Below, piece after piece: positions 37,086 through 48,678 of a stretch of DNA of 64,000 nt. The stretch is from an uncultured delta proteobacterium (GTDB taxonomy: Bacteria > Desulfobacterota > Binatia > Binatales > Binataceae): the NCBI GenBank assembly GCA_963724765.1, contig CAVRVY010000001.1, positions 256,001 to 320,000 of the forward strand, in the 5' to 3' direction. Under the pieces are notes generated by a model. The model was not told the origin of the DNA, did no database searches, and saw only the letters and a list, made by a program, of their open reading frames with translations. Position 1 is the first letter of the stretch. Each line of letters begins with the position of its first letter. Both the position numbers and the translations under genes were made by a program.

Positions 37086-37960
37086 TTACTTCGCCGGCCC
37101 TTGGCGCGCGACAGTTTGTGTCCATCACTTCCGCCCGCGTGTTCAAAGATCCGTCCTGCGAACGCTGCCGTGGTTCAAGGCCCGCGAACGTCGTGGCAGG
37201 GTTGAGGCGGGAGTGCCGTACCTTGCGTTCGGGATTGAAGCAGAGCTGTACTAAATCTTCAAATGAAGACGTGCTTGGTTCCATAACAAAACAGGCGAGT
37301 GCGATCGCATCAGCTCTCGACGCCCGATCGCATACTCTGCATCCGGTTGGCCCGGGAGAAATCGCGACCCGAGCGGCGGCTAGCCGGGCCCAACGCAGCG
37401 ATGCTCACCCATTCCTACCGGGATGGCTTATGTCGCAGAAGCCTACCAGGTCAGTCTCGCCAACGAATTTGCTGTCAACGAGACCACGATTTCCAACTTC
37501 GACTGCACACGGCTCCGGAGATCGTGAAGCTTGTGCGCGCGGCAGGTTTCCGCGTCCATCGAGTCGATGCTGATTTTATGGAGAACCAGTCCGTCACTGC
37601 GGACACACGATTCGCGCAGGTCCTGGCAACCCCGATGCCCCATCCGCCGGCGTCGCTTTCGGTGTCTCTTGTTTGAGTCCGAGGATTGGGGCATCTCGAC
37701 TCGGAAGTTGTTAGTCGAGGAATTGAAAGATGTCAGCTTCGGAGGTTGTTCTTTGTAGAACAGGATCGCGCGATAGGACTGGCGAGCGCTAAACAAGGAG
37801 TCATCGATCTGGTTGCCATGAATTCGTTTAAGTTGAAGAAGACAAAACGTTTCGTAGCGATGAGAAAAGTAGTGAATGTTTTCTGGCTGCCTATCTCTCT
37901 ATAGACTCCTCGAAAGCAAACCGGGGATGGGAACGAAAACGCGCTGACGTTGCTACCCCG

Positions 37961-37994
37961 GACGCCTGGTATCAGAGGACGCCTGGTATCAGAG
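37961..37994 (+). repeat. Perfect 17-bp tandem duplication upstream of the sulfatase
   Basis: GACGCCTGGTATCAGAG x2. Confidence 0.9.
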
Positions 37995-38084
37995 CCGGTG
38001 CGGTTCCAAATCGCGCACTCAAAGCATCTAAAGGAAATTGTTCGCTCGCCCGTAAGGCAACAGCAGACCAAAGGAATCGGAACG

Positions 38085-39838
38085 ATGGCAAAAACGCCGA
38101 GGACCAGTGCACTCGAGGGTGGCCCCGTCCCGTCCGGCACTCCGAACAGTGAGCAAACGCCAGACCCGAACGGCGCTGGTTCGGTCAATTCGATCTCGCG
38201 TCGTCAGTTGCTGCAGATGGGAACCGGTCTCGCCGTGGCGATCTATGCTGGATCGCAGAACGCAGCAGTTTTGGCTGCAAGCGCTCCGAGTGATACAGCC
38301 ACGCCCGCAAGATTGCCTGAATCGTCCAGGACGCCGAAGGCGCCGAACATTATTGTGCTGATGACCGATCAGGAGCGTCATCACATGCATTGGCCCCCCA
38401 CGTGGACCGCGAAGAATTTGCCGTCGCTGCAACGGCTCAAGCGCAATGGACTATATTTCAAGCGCGCCTATACGGCAGCAACACAGTGTTCACCTTCCCG
38501 CGCGCTGATGCTGAGCGGCCATTTCGCGCCAATGAATCGCGTGAGCCAGACTTTCATATGGCCAGGGCTGCAAGAAAAGAAACGTCTCGCAAACATCGCC
38601 TCCCTACTCAAGGAAAAGGCTGGTTACGAGGTGGTCTGGAAGGGCAAGTGGCATCTGAGCTTTGCGGCCAATGCCGCCCCCGGTAATGGCGGCAAAGATT
38701 GGCGCCCGGCAGACATCAAGGTTATGGAGGAACGGTATGGCTGGTCCGGGTGGAATCCACCAGATGCCGGCGATTCGATGACGCGCTGGGTGAAAGACGA
38801 GTTCGGCACGTATGACGGCCTGGCAGCGCTCGGTGGTGGCGACCCGAACAATGACGGGCGCTATGTTAACGGTGTTGACGCTTCCGACCGAGGCCAGACG
38901 GCCGGCGTCGGCGGTGAAAGCACCGTCGAGTTTCTGAAGAATCGGGCGCCCAAATTGAGCAGCCCGTTTTGCTTGTTTGTGTCGTTGGTCAATCCCCACG
39001 ACGTTGGGGTCTTTCCAGGTGGCTGGCAGCTGGCCGGATATCAGCGCAAAGCTTTCGCTAATATGGGTATCGAGCTGCCGCCCAACTACGCCGACGATCT
39101 TTCGCGAAAGCCCAAGGTTCAGAAAGCGGCGCGCGACAGCTACGACAAGTCCGCACCGCTGAATAGCCAACAGTTATTAAATGAGTACGTTAATTTTTAC
39201 GCCTATCTTCACACCGTAGTCGACAAACACATCGCCACCGTGCTCGATACGCTTGAGGAAACCGGGATGATGGACAATACCATCATTCTTCGACTGGCCG
39301 ATCATGGCGAAGGCGGCTTGTCGCACGGCATGCGCGAGAAAGCCTACACAGTTTACGAGGAGATGATTCACATCCCCTTGATCGTCCACAACCCGAAACT
39401 TTACCCGGAGCCGCGCGAGACCGAAGCTTTATATAATCACCTCGATCTCTTACCCACAATTTTAGATCTGGCCGGTATTGCCAACCCAAACTCCTTTGCG
39501 ATTGGCAAGAGCATGGTGCCGGTCATAAAAGCTCCGGCAACGCAGTGCAGGATCACTTACTTTTCTCCTTTGACGACCGCTTTTATCTCCCTTCCGACTT
39601 CCCGGGCGGTCACTTACGGGCGATCGTGGAGGACGACTGGACCTACGCGGTCTATTTCGGCCTGGATGGGAGTGGACTCGACTATGAGCTCTACAACAGA
39701 AAGACCGATCCAGGGCAACTCGACAACCTGCTCTTCGACACGCCCGCTCCCGATCTGAAAACAGAATGGACGCGACTGCATCGAATCCTGACGAATCGGT
39801 TAGTCGAGACCAGCAATTTGCCGAGCACATTCGTTTGA
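38085..39838 (+). pseudogene. Tat-exported sulfatase with a frameshift near 39540
   Basis: SRRQLL Tat motif, PNIIVLMTDQ, CSPSR, GKWH, ADHG; the C-terminus continues in ORF 39545-39838. Confidence 0.85.
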
Positions 39839-39903
39839 CCGTTTGAACCACTGATGCCTCCTGATCGCTCGTAAAAAAAACCGCCCAAATTGCGGACATT
39901 AAA

Positions 39904-40923
39904 ATGATGAACTCAAATGACGATGCTGGACGGAAGATCGATGTGCACGCACATTACCTGCCGCCCGGCTACGCTGATGAGCTTCGCAAGGCCGGCCTGA
40001 CGCATCCCGATGGTATGCCTGACTATCCTCAATGGAGCCCACAGCTCGCATTGCAGAAGTACGACGAATTCGGCATCGAGACTGCGATGCTTTCCATCTC
40101 GTCGCCCGGTGTCCACTACGGTGATGACGCGGCGGCGCGACGCCTTGCACGGGAGGTCAACGAGGCGGGAGCCGAATAAGTGATCAAATATCCGAGGCGC
40201 TTCGGCTTGTTCGCGGCTCTGCCGATGCCCGACGTGGGCGGCTCAATGGAGGAAATCGCTTATGCTCTGGACGTTCTTCACGCCGACGGTATCGGTCTGA
40301 AGACGAACGCTCATGGCATCTATCTAGGTGATCCGCGGTTTGATCCGATCTTCCAGGAACTTAATCGGCGCAAGACAGTGATATTCGTCCATCCCACCTC
40401 ACCATCGTGCTGGCAGGCTTGCGCGCTCGGTTATCCCCGGCCTTTGATCGAGTTTCCGTTCGATACCGCTCGCGCGGTAACCAGCCTGATCTTTACTGGG
40501 ACAATGGAACGATGCCCGGACTTGCGCATTATCGTTTCGCATAATGGGGGTGTAGTCCCGTTTCTAGCCGACCGGATCACGAAGCTGGACAATCTGCTGA
40601 AACTGAGCCAGCCAGGCGGGAAGGACGCAATTTCATATATGCGTCGTCTGTACTACGACACGGCGATGGCGGGCTCGAAACACAGTCTTTCCTCGCTAGT
40701 TCAGTTAACTGATGTTTCGCACATCCTCTATGGCAGCGATTGGCCGTGGTACCCGCAAGCGCAGGTGCAGAAAACCAATCAAGAGTTGGAGGGCAGCGCT
40801 TTTTTTTCCGACCAGCAACAACGTGCGATCTATCGAGAAAATGCACGCGACCTTCTGCCTGCGGTAATCTCGCGCTCGGCTGCGACACACTCTCCACGAA
40901 GTCGTGCGAAAGACCAGGGGTAA
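39904..40923 (+). pseudogene. Amidohydrolase_2 family (decarboxylase-like) protein split by an in-frame TAA at 40177
   Basis: IDVHAH in the first ORF; FVHP, SHNGG, YYDTA and LYGSDWP in the second ORF in the same frame. Confidence 0.85.
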
Positions 40924-41219
40924 AATGGTTTCCTACTCGGTTCCGTTGCTGGCCACAGCAACCCTCTTAGTGACGCCGGATGGGCGCTATCTTTTGTGTT
41001 CTAGATGAAAGAGGGCTTCTACATGATCGTGAACGGCGAAGAGGCCGGCGCCAGCAGCGTTCGGTTCTGGATTTTCCGCCGCGCGCCAAAACGCTGAACG
41101 GCAAGGAGCATCTGTGAATCCGAGCCATTCCCCAGCCACACGCCTGGAAAGCGGCGGCGGGATACCTATCTCTATTCGGCGATTGGCTCTATGACGATCT
41201 GGAGGACGCGGCATGCACC

Positions 41220-42110
41220 CTAGTTCTTGTTGTTCCGCGGGCGCTCCTTCGATCGCGGCCGGGGACGGGCCACGCCCGGAGCCGGCGGCGTGCTGATCGC
41301 GGCTGGCGCGCCCGGTGTCGCGAACGAAAGGTCGCTCCACGACTGCTCTGTCTTGATGAACGCATCGGGAGTAACACTCACTTTGCCGCGGAACGGCCAG
41401 TCGAGAGCGATGATCAGCACGACGATCAGCGCCAGCGAAGTCGAAACCGCCGTTGTGGTTATGACGTGCATACGGAAGTTGTGAAATCCGAAGAGATAGG
41501 TGTAGCCGGTCGTGATCGCCCCGCCGATGAAGATGACCCACCAGATCACTTCCGGGATGTGCCCCTGCACGGCTGAAATCCGGCTGCTCCGCGCGCTGTA
41601 GAGCATGTTCAGAGTCTTGAGCAGCTCAGCCTCGATAACGCCCTCGCCAAGATTGGAAGGATGCATCGTGACGATCGCGCTGTGAATCCTGCGAAGCGGT
41701 TCCCATCCCTTGTTGGGTATCTTTCCCGTTTGCTGTACCGGCCATTCCTGGTCAATGACGGTATTCGTATACTGCCGGATATCGGAGCGTATCTCCTGGC
41801 CCATTGCTGCCGGCAGTCCCTGCGTGTCGCGGTAGATACTGCCGACGCAATCCGCCTCGCTGTCCACGATAGCTTCGGACTGTGAGAAGGATTCCCACGT
41901 AGCAATGGCGATGAAGGCGAGCAGGACCGCGTAGGTGACGCTGATGACCGCGACCGTGAAGCCGGTTAGCTCATTGTGAGCGCGCCGCACTTCGATGTGC
42001 AGCAGGCGATGAAATACGACGAGCCCGATGCATGCGGCTGCGTCCAGCGCGATTACCACGACCGTTCCCCATAACCAAGTCGGTGTGCTGTAGATCCAAT
42101 CGAGTATCAC
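41220..42110 (-). CDS. DUF4239 (bestrophin-like) membrane protein
   Basis: YAVLLAFIAIATWE, ALDWPFRG. Confidence 0.8.
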   Translation of the reverse strand: MILDWIYSTPTWLWGTVVVIALDAAACIGLVVFHRLLHIEVRRAHNELTGFTVAVISVTYAVLLAFIAIATWESFSQSEAIVDSEADCVGSIYRDTQGLPAAMGQEIRSDIRQYTNTVIDQEWPVQQTGKIPNKGWEPLRRIHSAIVTMHPSNLGEGVIEAELLKTLNMLYSARSSRISAVQGHIPEVIWWVIFIGGAITTGYTYLFGFHNFRMHVITTTAVSTSLALIVVLIIALDWPFRGKVSVTPDAFIKTEQSWSDLSFATPGAPAAISTPPAPGVARPRPRSKERPRNNKN

Positions 42111-42930
42111 GCCCGCTCCATCGCAATTCGTGTTTACCTCAATAGCTTCCGCGCTTCGGCTATATCGATCCGCCCTCTTTCGCCTGGGCTCCTGAGCGGG
42201 CAATCGGCACCTACTTTATCTCTTTGCGATTGCACGGGGCCGTGTTCGCGCGGGCGCTGTATGCGGGGCGGTTTTCGAACGCCCAAGATAGAAAGCTGCG
42301 TTCGAGACTTGTTCGCCACTGAGCAATGGCTCGACGATTTTAGCTCTGGGGACTGCCGCCACCAAGTTTCCGGATTGTGTCTTTGCGGGCTGGTTGTTTA
42401 GGTATGCGTGCATATCGAGGGCTTGGGCGCATCGGACGGGCGCGAAGTCGATGGCGCCCGGAGCCGCCTCGCGCCTCTTTCGAGACATAAAACGTCGTTC
42501 TCCAATTGAGCGCGTCAGCCAACCTGCCAACCACTGCCCGTCAACTGCCGCTTGTCAACCGCCGCTAGGATGTCAACCGGGAGCCGCGGCGCGCGGCGCC
42601 GCGCTTGGATCGGTAGGCGGGCGCGATAACGCGCAACGCAGGCACTGGCGCCCCCCGGAGCGGCGATGGGCGGGCTCGCCGGCGGAATGCGCCGGCGCAA
42701 TCAAAAGCTCCACCAGGGTCAGCAGCAACAGGTCAACCCTCAAGCAGCGGCCAATTCACAGCAAAGCCAATGCAACGTCTAGCATCGGGCGATGGCGGCG
42801 TGCCTCACCGGACGCGGTTACACGGTCAACTGATAGGACCAAGGTCCGATTGGCGAAGCGCATATCTGTCGGATGATATGGCAACGTTCACGCGGTCACC
42901 GAACATCTGCAACCTGACTATCCACGAAGA

Positions 42931-43728
42931 ATGGGGGAGTTAGCGATGAAAAGCAAAATGACGTCACAAAGAAGCGGATTGGCTATGTCGCTGGGACTGC
43001 TGGCAGGGGCCGTCCTTCTGACCAGCGCACTGTTCGCCTGCTCAGCCACCAGTCAGGGTCAGGTTGCGCTGCAACAGCCGACACCGACCGGAGGCAGCGC
43101 TCCGACCGGTGCGGCCCAATTCCTGGGGAGTGACGCTGCGCTGCTTCAGCCCGGGGCCGAGGGCCAGGCCGCCTTTGTGTACATCAACCCCAACGTGCAG
43201 TGGAGCAACTACAAAAAGGTCCTGCTGAAGCCCGTGGAGTTCTGGGACACTCCCAACTCGAGCGTCTCTCCTGACGACCAGAAGATGCTGACCTCGTACT
43301 TTTACAATTCGCTGCAAAAGAACCTGCAGCAGAATTTCACCCTGGTCGATCAGCCGGGGCCCGGAGTGATCACCGTCGCGGTCGCGATTATAAATGCCGA
43401 AGGGGCCACCCCCGGTTTGCGATCGGTCTCCCTGGTCATTCCGCAGGCTCGCATATTGAATTACGCGCAATCGCTTGCGACCGGCCACGCCGCCTTCGCC
43501 GGGTCCGCCGAAGCGGCTTTCAAGGCCACGGATTCGAGCACCGGCATATTGTTGGCGGAGTCGGTGGACAAGCGCGTCGGTGGCATGGCAGTGGCCAACG
43601 CGGCGCAGGTGCAATGGGGCGACGCCGAGGCCGCCATGGACTATTGGTCGCAAAAGATCACGCAGCGCGCGGTCGCGCTGGGAGCGGGTTCTCCCGCGGT
43701 TGGCGCGCAACCTTCGACGAGCAATTAG
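42931..43728 (+). CDS. DUF3313 lipoprotein
   Basis: Lipobox LFAC; YKKVLLKPV, DSSTGILLAESVDKRVG. Confidence 0.82.
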   Translation: MGELAMKSKMTSQRSGLAMSLGLLAGAVLLTSALFACSATSQGQVALQQPTPTGGSAPTGAAQFLGSDAALLQPGAEGQAAFVYINPNVQWSNYKKVLLKPVEFWDTPNSSVSPDDQKMLTSYFYNSLQKNLQQNFTLVDQPGPGVITVAVAIINAEGATPGLRSVSLVIPQARILNYAQSLATGHAAFAGSAEAAFKATDSSTGILLAESVDKRVGGMAVANAAQVQWGDAEAAMDYWSQKITQRAVALGAGSPAVGAQPSTSN

Positions 43729-44003
43729 CCACCGAACTTCGCTTTGCTGGGCGGCCCTTTTACGGCGGTGCATCGGCAGCAGGGAAGGCGAATTCCCGCT
43801 GGTCCCGCTCAGCTTTTGGGAACCTATCCTGCGCGCGCGAACACGGTGGGCCGAGCGAGCGGGACCAAGGTCTTGTAGAACGATCTGGGCTGTCCCGTTA
43901 CATAGGCTACATGAAATAGGTCTCATTCTGGGTCGCAGGCTCTGAGCACGAAGGATTTCACTGCCGCTGCGCTGCGATCCGCTTTTGGAGCGAGGTCAGA
44001 CGG

Positions 44004-44753
44004 GTGCCGTCCCACACAATCTCCCAGGGCAAACTCCCGAGTTCTCCGATTGCGCCATCCCGCAAAACTCCGGAACCCCAGGACTTCCAAACAGCCGAAG
44101 GCTGCGCGACGATCCGAGGTCTCACGGTCGCGGCGATTGAAGACGACGAGCGGATGCGCCACGCGCTCGTCTTTCAGATAGCAACCGCTGGTGTCGAGGT
44201 CGAACCTTATGCCTGCGCGGAGGAGTTTCTGAACGCCGCAAACGCGAAAGACTTCGATTGCATCCTGGTGGACATCAATTTGCCAAGAATGAACGGCTTG
44301 GAACTGCAGGAGGAGCTCAACCGGACAATTCCCTACGCATCGATCGTTTTCATCACCGGTCATGGCGATCTGCCTCTCGGAATGCATGCAATGAGGAAAG
44401 GCGCCGTGGATTTTCTTGAGAAGCCGATCGACGATCAAACACTATTGAGCTCGATTGCCCGCGGTGCCCATCGCTCGCGCAGGCGGCGTGCCGAGCATAA
44501 CCAGCGTATCGAGCTGGAAAAGCGCCACGGCTATCTCACGCCTCGCGAACGCGAAGTCTTCGATCTGATCACCACCGGTTTCCTGAACAAGCAGGTGGGC
44601 GCCGAGCTGGGAACAACTGAAAGGACCGTTAAGGCGCATCGGGAGAAGGTAATGAGCAAAATGGGCGCGGGCTCGCTCGCCGATCTCGTACGTATGGCCT
44701 ACGTCCTTCAGATTCACCCGCTCACGCTCAGGCTGCTCCCCCAAATGACCTGA
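44004..44753 (+). CDS. FixJ/TodT-type response regulator (REC + LuxR HTH)
   Basis: EDD, LVDINLP, FITGHGD, DFLEKP, LTPREREV, TVKAHR; the true start may lie downstream. Confidence 0.92.
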   Translation: MPSHTISQGKLPSSPIAPSRKTPEPQDFQTAEGCATIRGLTVAAIEDDERMRHALVFQIATAGVEVEPYACAEEFLNAANAKDFDCILVDINLPRMNGLELQEELNRTIPYASIVFITGHGDLPLGMHAMRKGAVDFLEKPIDDQTLLSSIARGAHRSRRRRAEHNQRIELEKRHGYLTPREREVFDLITTGFLNKQVGAELGTTERTVKAHREKVMSKMGAGSLADLVRMAYVLQIHPLTLRLLPQMT

Positions 44754-44894
44754 ACAAATAGAAACCGCGCGCAGGGCCGCCGCCGGTTCGTTGGTTAGTT
44801 GGCACGGCCGCGGGCGCCGCGGATCGACCTGACTACCTCACCGGTTAATCAAAGTTCGATAGCTAGGCGCCGAGCAACGGCCCGTGAGGCTCGC

Positions 44895-46241
44895 TCATTG
44901 AACGTGCTTCGATATGCCGGCTTGCTTCCTTTGCGCAAGTGGCAGCGTGAAGGCGAACGTAGTGCCGCGGTCGGGGTTAGGCGCCGTCCATATTCTGCCG
45001 CCGTGGTGCTCGACGATCGATCGGCTTAGGAGCAAGCCCAAACCCATTCCTTCGCGCTTGGTCGTGACAAAAGGCTCGAACAGGCGGCCGGCGACCGATG
45101 GGGCAATGCCCACGCCGTTATCGCAGACGCTTATGCGCACCCATCCGGCCTTCTCCGGGGCGACCGTGATCGCAACCTCGCCCTGGTCGGAGTTGCCTTC
45201 TCTGATCGCGTCGAAGGCGTTGATGAGCAGATTCAAAATGCACTGCTGCAGTTGCACGCGATCTCCGACAACACGTCTTGCGGGAGGCGAAAGGTCGGCT
45301 CGCACCTGGATCTTTCGCAGCGCAGCTTCACCGGCGATCAACTTCACCGCTTCGGATATCAAATCGCCGAGGCCGATCTCGATTTTGCGCTCGGCGTGTC
45401 CCTTGAACAGGAATCGGACCCGCCGAATGATTTCAGCCGTGCGTTTGGTGTCCTCAATTGCATCGCTGACCGCGGCCAGGGCCATAGCGGACTGCGGATT
45501 CTTCTGCGACAGCAGGCGCGTCACACCTCCGAGATTGCTCAGGATTGCGCCCAAAGGCTGATTGATCTCGTGCACGAGCGAGGCGACCAGTTCGCTCATC
45601 ATATTGCGGCGTGAAGCAAGCCTGAGTTCGGTGCGTGCCGCCTGTAGCGCTATTTCCGACTGCTTGCGTTCGATCGCACTGCCAAAGAGCCTCACCGCGA
45701 GCCTGAGTTGGTCGAGCAGTTTCGTCGGCCATTCCCGCGTCGCTCTGAATTTATCGAAACCTGCCGCGCCGATCACCTGGTTGCCGGCCCACATCGGAAT
45801 TACGGCCGAAGCTTTCAGGCCGTAACGCGCAACGAAGTCTCTTGCATCCGTCAGTTCGGCCGGAATTCCGCTCGGCGACGAGAACACGAGCTGATTGCCC
45901 GCCAGGATCCAGTCGGTAGTCGTCTTGAGAAACTTGCGCGGGTCGAAATCCTGAGGCAAGGGAGGAATGTCGGGCCGCTTCCAGGTATGGGTGGTGCGCA
46001 CGGGGGCGGAACGCGAATCACGCTCATAGATGCCGCTGCGGTCCAGGCCCAAGGCCTGACTAATTTTGCCCAACCAAATTTCGATTTCACGGTCGACTTC
46101 ATAAGCTGACGCCCGCGTCATCGACGCCGACAGCTCGTCAACAAGCGATTCGAAACGGTCGATCTCGCGACGCGGCTGAAAGCCGCTCGACGCCCCATCA
46201 CGCATCGGCCGGATGTTCCGTTTGTCGACAAGCGGCGGCAT
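44895..46241 (-). CDS. GAF-domain sensor histidine kinase
   Basis: HEINQPL H-box, NLLINAFDA, DNGVG, FVTTK, GMGLGL. Confidence 0.92.
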   Translation of the reverse strand: MPPLVDKRNIRPMRDGASSGFQPRREIDRFESLVDELSASMTRASAYEVDREIEIWLGKISQALGLDRSGIYERDSRSAPVRTTHTWKRPDIPPLPQDFDPRKFLKTTTDWILAGNQLVFSSPSGIPAELTDARDFVARYGLKASAVIPMWAGNQVIGAAGFDKFRATREWPTKLLDQLRLAVRLFGSAIERKQSEIALQAARTELRLASRRNMMSELVASLVHEINQPLGAILSNLGGVTRLLSQKNPQSAMALAAVSDAIEDTKRTAEIIRRVRFLFKGHAERKIEIGLGDLISEAVKLIAGEAALRKIQVRADLSPPARRVVGDRVQLQQCILNLLINAFDAIREGNSDQGEVAITVAPEKAGWVRISVCDNGVGIAPSVAGRLFEPFVTTKREGMGLGLLLSRSIVEHHGGRIWTAPNPDRGTTFAFTLPLAQRKQAGISKHVQ

Positions 46242-46462
46242 AAACGCTTTTAGGGTTAAAATCCCTTGTGGACCAGCAACAGCATCCGAGATTATGGATT
46301 GACCGAAGGCGCGCGTTCATTTCCAGGCGCATCTTATGGCAAAAGATCGCCTTAGCGCGAGCGTCATGCGTCAACGTTGATGACGCATAACCAATAAGAA
46401 ATGATTGCGGCCTGTGAGTGAAGAATCAGTTTGCGCGGTTTCTGCTGTCTAATGAAGCAAAT

Positions 46463-46840
46463 TCAAGCTTTGCCGAGCGCTTTTCGGATAGCGCGAGTCA
46501 ACTGTTTCTGATCGAATGGCTTGAATAAGGAGGCAATTGGCTCCGCCCTGCGCATGATTTGCGTAGTCTGTTCATCGTCGAGGCCGCTCATCAGAATTGT
46601 AGGCAACTCCCGACCCGTCGCGGCTAAGCCCCGGCAGAGTTCGATCCCGTTCATTCCCGGCATCCAGACGTCCAGCAAGAGGCAGCTGGCGCCGGCCGGA
46701 AACTCGCTGGCCAGCAACTCCTCCGCGCTCTGACAGACCAACACGTTGAATCCCAAAGCCAGCAACTGTGTTCGTAGCGCGCGCCGAATAGACGCGTCGT
46801 CATCTACCACAATTATCGTGGCCCTTGGATTCTTCGACAA
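46463..46840 (-). CDS. Single-domain response regulator
   Basis: VVDDD, LLDVWMPGMNG, FKPF. Confidence 0.9.
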   Translation of the reverse strand: MSKNPRATIIVVDDDASIRRALRTQLLALGFNVLVCQSAEELLASEFPAGASCLLLDVWMPGMNGIELCRGLAATGRELPTILMSGLDDEQTTQIMRRAEPIASLFKPFDQKQLTRAIRKALGKA

Positions 46841-47107
46841 CTAGCGATACCGGCTCGGCGACAGACTTCCCGAATCATCCGCACGATTGCGCGCTACTGG
46901 ATTCTGCGCCGGGCAGCGCCCGGTGGCTATTGTACCAAAGTACAATAGCGCCCCCTTTGTAAACGTAGAAAGCTTAGCGCTGCCAAAACGAGAAAAGTCC
47001 GTCGCCGTCGCGCAAGCGAGGCAATGTGGCGGGGGGAAGTGAGCCCGCACCGGCATTTCAACTGAATTCGAGCTGCGCCGATTCATGCCGCGTAGCAGGG
47101 GAAACAA

Positions 47108-48406
47108 ATGATCGAGAATAAAATTTCGAATCGGACGGCATTGCGTCATGCTCTCCGTCTTCCGTCTGCCTATGCACTGGCAGCCATCATCTTTTTCATA
47201 CCTCAATTGCTGCGGGCGCAAGGCGCCGGCCAGTTCGAGCAACCGCCGACCATAAACGCCACCCAGCTTTTGCCGGAGAGCGCTCTTTCAGGCCCCGGAT
47301 TTCACGTCGAGCAGCAGGTGCCGACCAACGGCGCGATGGGCCAATACACCATCGTCGCCGACGCGTCGGTATTTCAGAACGACGCGGGGACCTATCGGGT
47401 GGAAAGTCTCGATTTGCTGAAGATACGTCTGTCCGAGATACCCGCGATCGCATATCTCGAAAATGTGAGTAAGAGCGGCGTATTCGCCACAGCGCTAGCC
47501 CAAAGCGCAGAACGCCCGGTTGCCGACGCAGCTAATATGGTCATCCATCCGATGGATACGGTTACCGGACTGCCCAGCGGGATTGGGAGTTTTTTTGGCC
47601 GCGTCACTCTCGGAGTGGGACACATAGCTTCGACGGCGTCGAACTCGTTTGGAAGCGGGGCCGCCGCGGGTCAGACCGCCAACGCGACGATGACCGCGCT
47701 GGGCTATGACCAGGTCCGTCGGGATCTGGCGAGAAAGCTGCACGTCGATCCCTACAGTTCCGATCCGATTCTCACCAAGAAACTGAATTCGGTCGCCTGG
47801 GTCATGTTCTCGGCCCGCCTGACGGTCGACGCGGCCATGATGGCAGTCCCCGCCTCGATAATCATTAGTGGCGTGGAGTTCACTAACGACCTGGTCTATC
47901 AGAAACCGAAAGGGGACTTGATTATCTTCGTCCAGGACAAGCTGCGGAATTTTGGCCTGTCGCCGGAAGAGATCGCATCCTTCATTAGCAATTCCGCGAT
48001 CCCGTTGAGTCTGCAGGTTTCCGTGGTCGAAGACCTCAAAGATCTCGGCGACATTCCGGGCCGTCGCGCGGCAGCGGTTGCTCTGGGCAACGTGATGACG
48101 GAGTACCAGGCACGTTTCCTGGCTACTTCCCTGCACATGCTCAATCGATGGGGCCAGCAGAAGAGTCCGATTGCAAAAATCCAGGTTCCCGGGGTGCTGG
48201 TAGCGCGCGATCAGAATGGCACCGTGATAGTGCCCGCGCCGGTCGACTACGTATCGTGGACGCCGCGCATCGCCGCGTTTGTGACGACCCCCGCATTGTT
48301 GGGGTTGCAAAACCGCGTGCTGTGGATTCCCGCCAAGATGACTCCGCTCACCCGTCAGCAGTTGGTGGCTAATGGCTGGTCGATCCACGAAGGCGCGCAG
48401 CCGTAG
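47108..48406 (+). CDS. Exported hypothetical protein
   Basis: 432-aa ORF with signal peptide; LHVDPYSSDPIL motif. Confidence 0.75.
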   Translation: MIENKISNRTALRHALRLPSAYALAAIIFFIPQLLRAQGAGQFEQPPTINATQLLPESALSGPGFHVEQQVPTNGAMGQYTIVADASVFQNDAGTYRVESLDLLKIRLSEIPAIAYLENVSKSGVFATALAQSAERPVADAANMVIHPMDTVTGLPSGIGSFFGRVTLGVGHIASTASNSFGSGAAAGQTANATMTALGYDQVRRDLARKLHVDPYSSDPILTKKLNSVAWVMFSARLTVDAAMMAVPASIIISGVEFTNDLVYQKPKGDLIIFVQDKLRNFGLSPEEIASFISNSAIPLSLQVSVVEDLKDLGDIPGRRAAAVALGNVMTEYQARFLATSLHMLNRWGQQKSPIAKIQVPGVLVARDQNGTVIVPAPVDYVSWTPRIAAFVTTPALLGLQNRVLWIPAKMTPLTRQQLVANGWSIHEGAQP

Positions 48407-48459
48407 CGCATGGTATTCGACAGAGCAGTGCACGGAAGGAAAAAAGAATCGAAGGAGAA

Positions 48460-48645
48460 ATGAATCGCGTGAGCGACAACATCAAAGTCGCCAGCCCGCT
48501 GTCCGTTCTGCTCGCTCAAGAACGCAGACGAATTTCAGTGGGGTGATGCCGAAAACGCGATGAATTATTGGCTAACGAACTTGACCGACGATTGGTGTCC
48601 CTAGGCGCCGGTAGCCAATCGAATCCGCCAGCAGCCAACAACTGA
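48460..48645 (+). pseudogene. Internally deleted DUF3313 paralog
   Basis: RBS AAGGAG + ATG; 3' part QWGDAENAMNYW...LVSLGAGS resembles QWGDAEAAMDYW...AVALGAGS at the end of 42931-43728. Confidence 0.6.
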
Positions 48646-48678
48646 AGAGCGAATGCATAGAGCCAAGGGAAGAGTATC

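Noticed and set aside
37299-37676. Possible SAM methyltransferase C-terminal remnant (LRLHTAPEIVKLVRAAGFRV)
   Set aside because: Too short and degenerate to support a call
40177-40179. Possible selenocysteine/pyrrolysine read-through in the amidohydrolase
   Set aside because: The codon is TAA, not TGA or TAG
42560-42780. Possible glycine-zipper protein remnant (GAAARGAALG...GGMRRR...QQQ)
   Set aside because: Broken across frames with no start or stop; weak evidence
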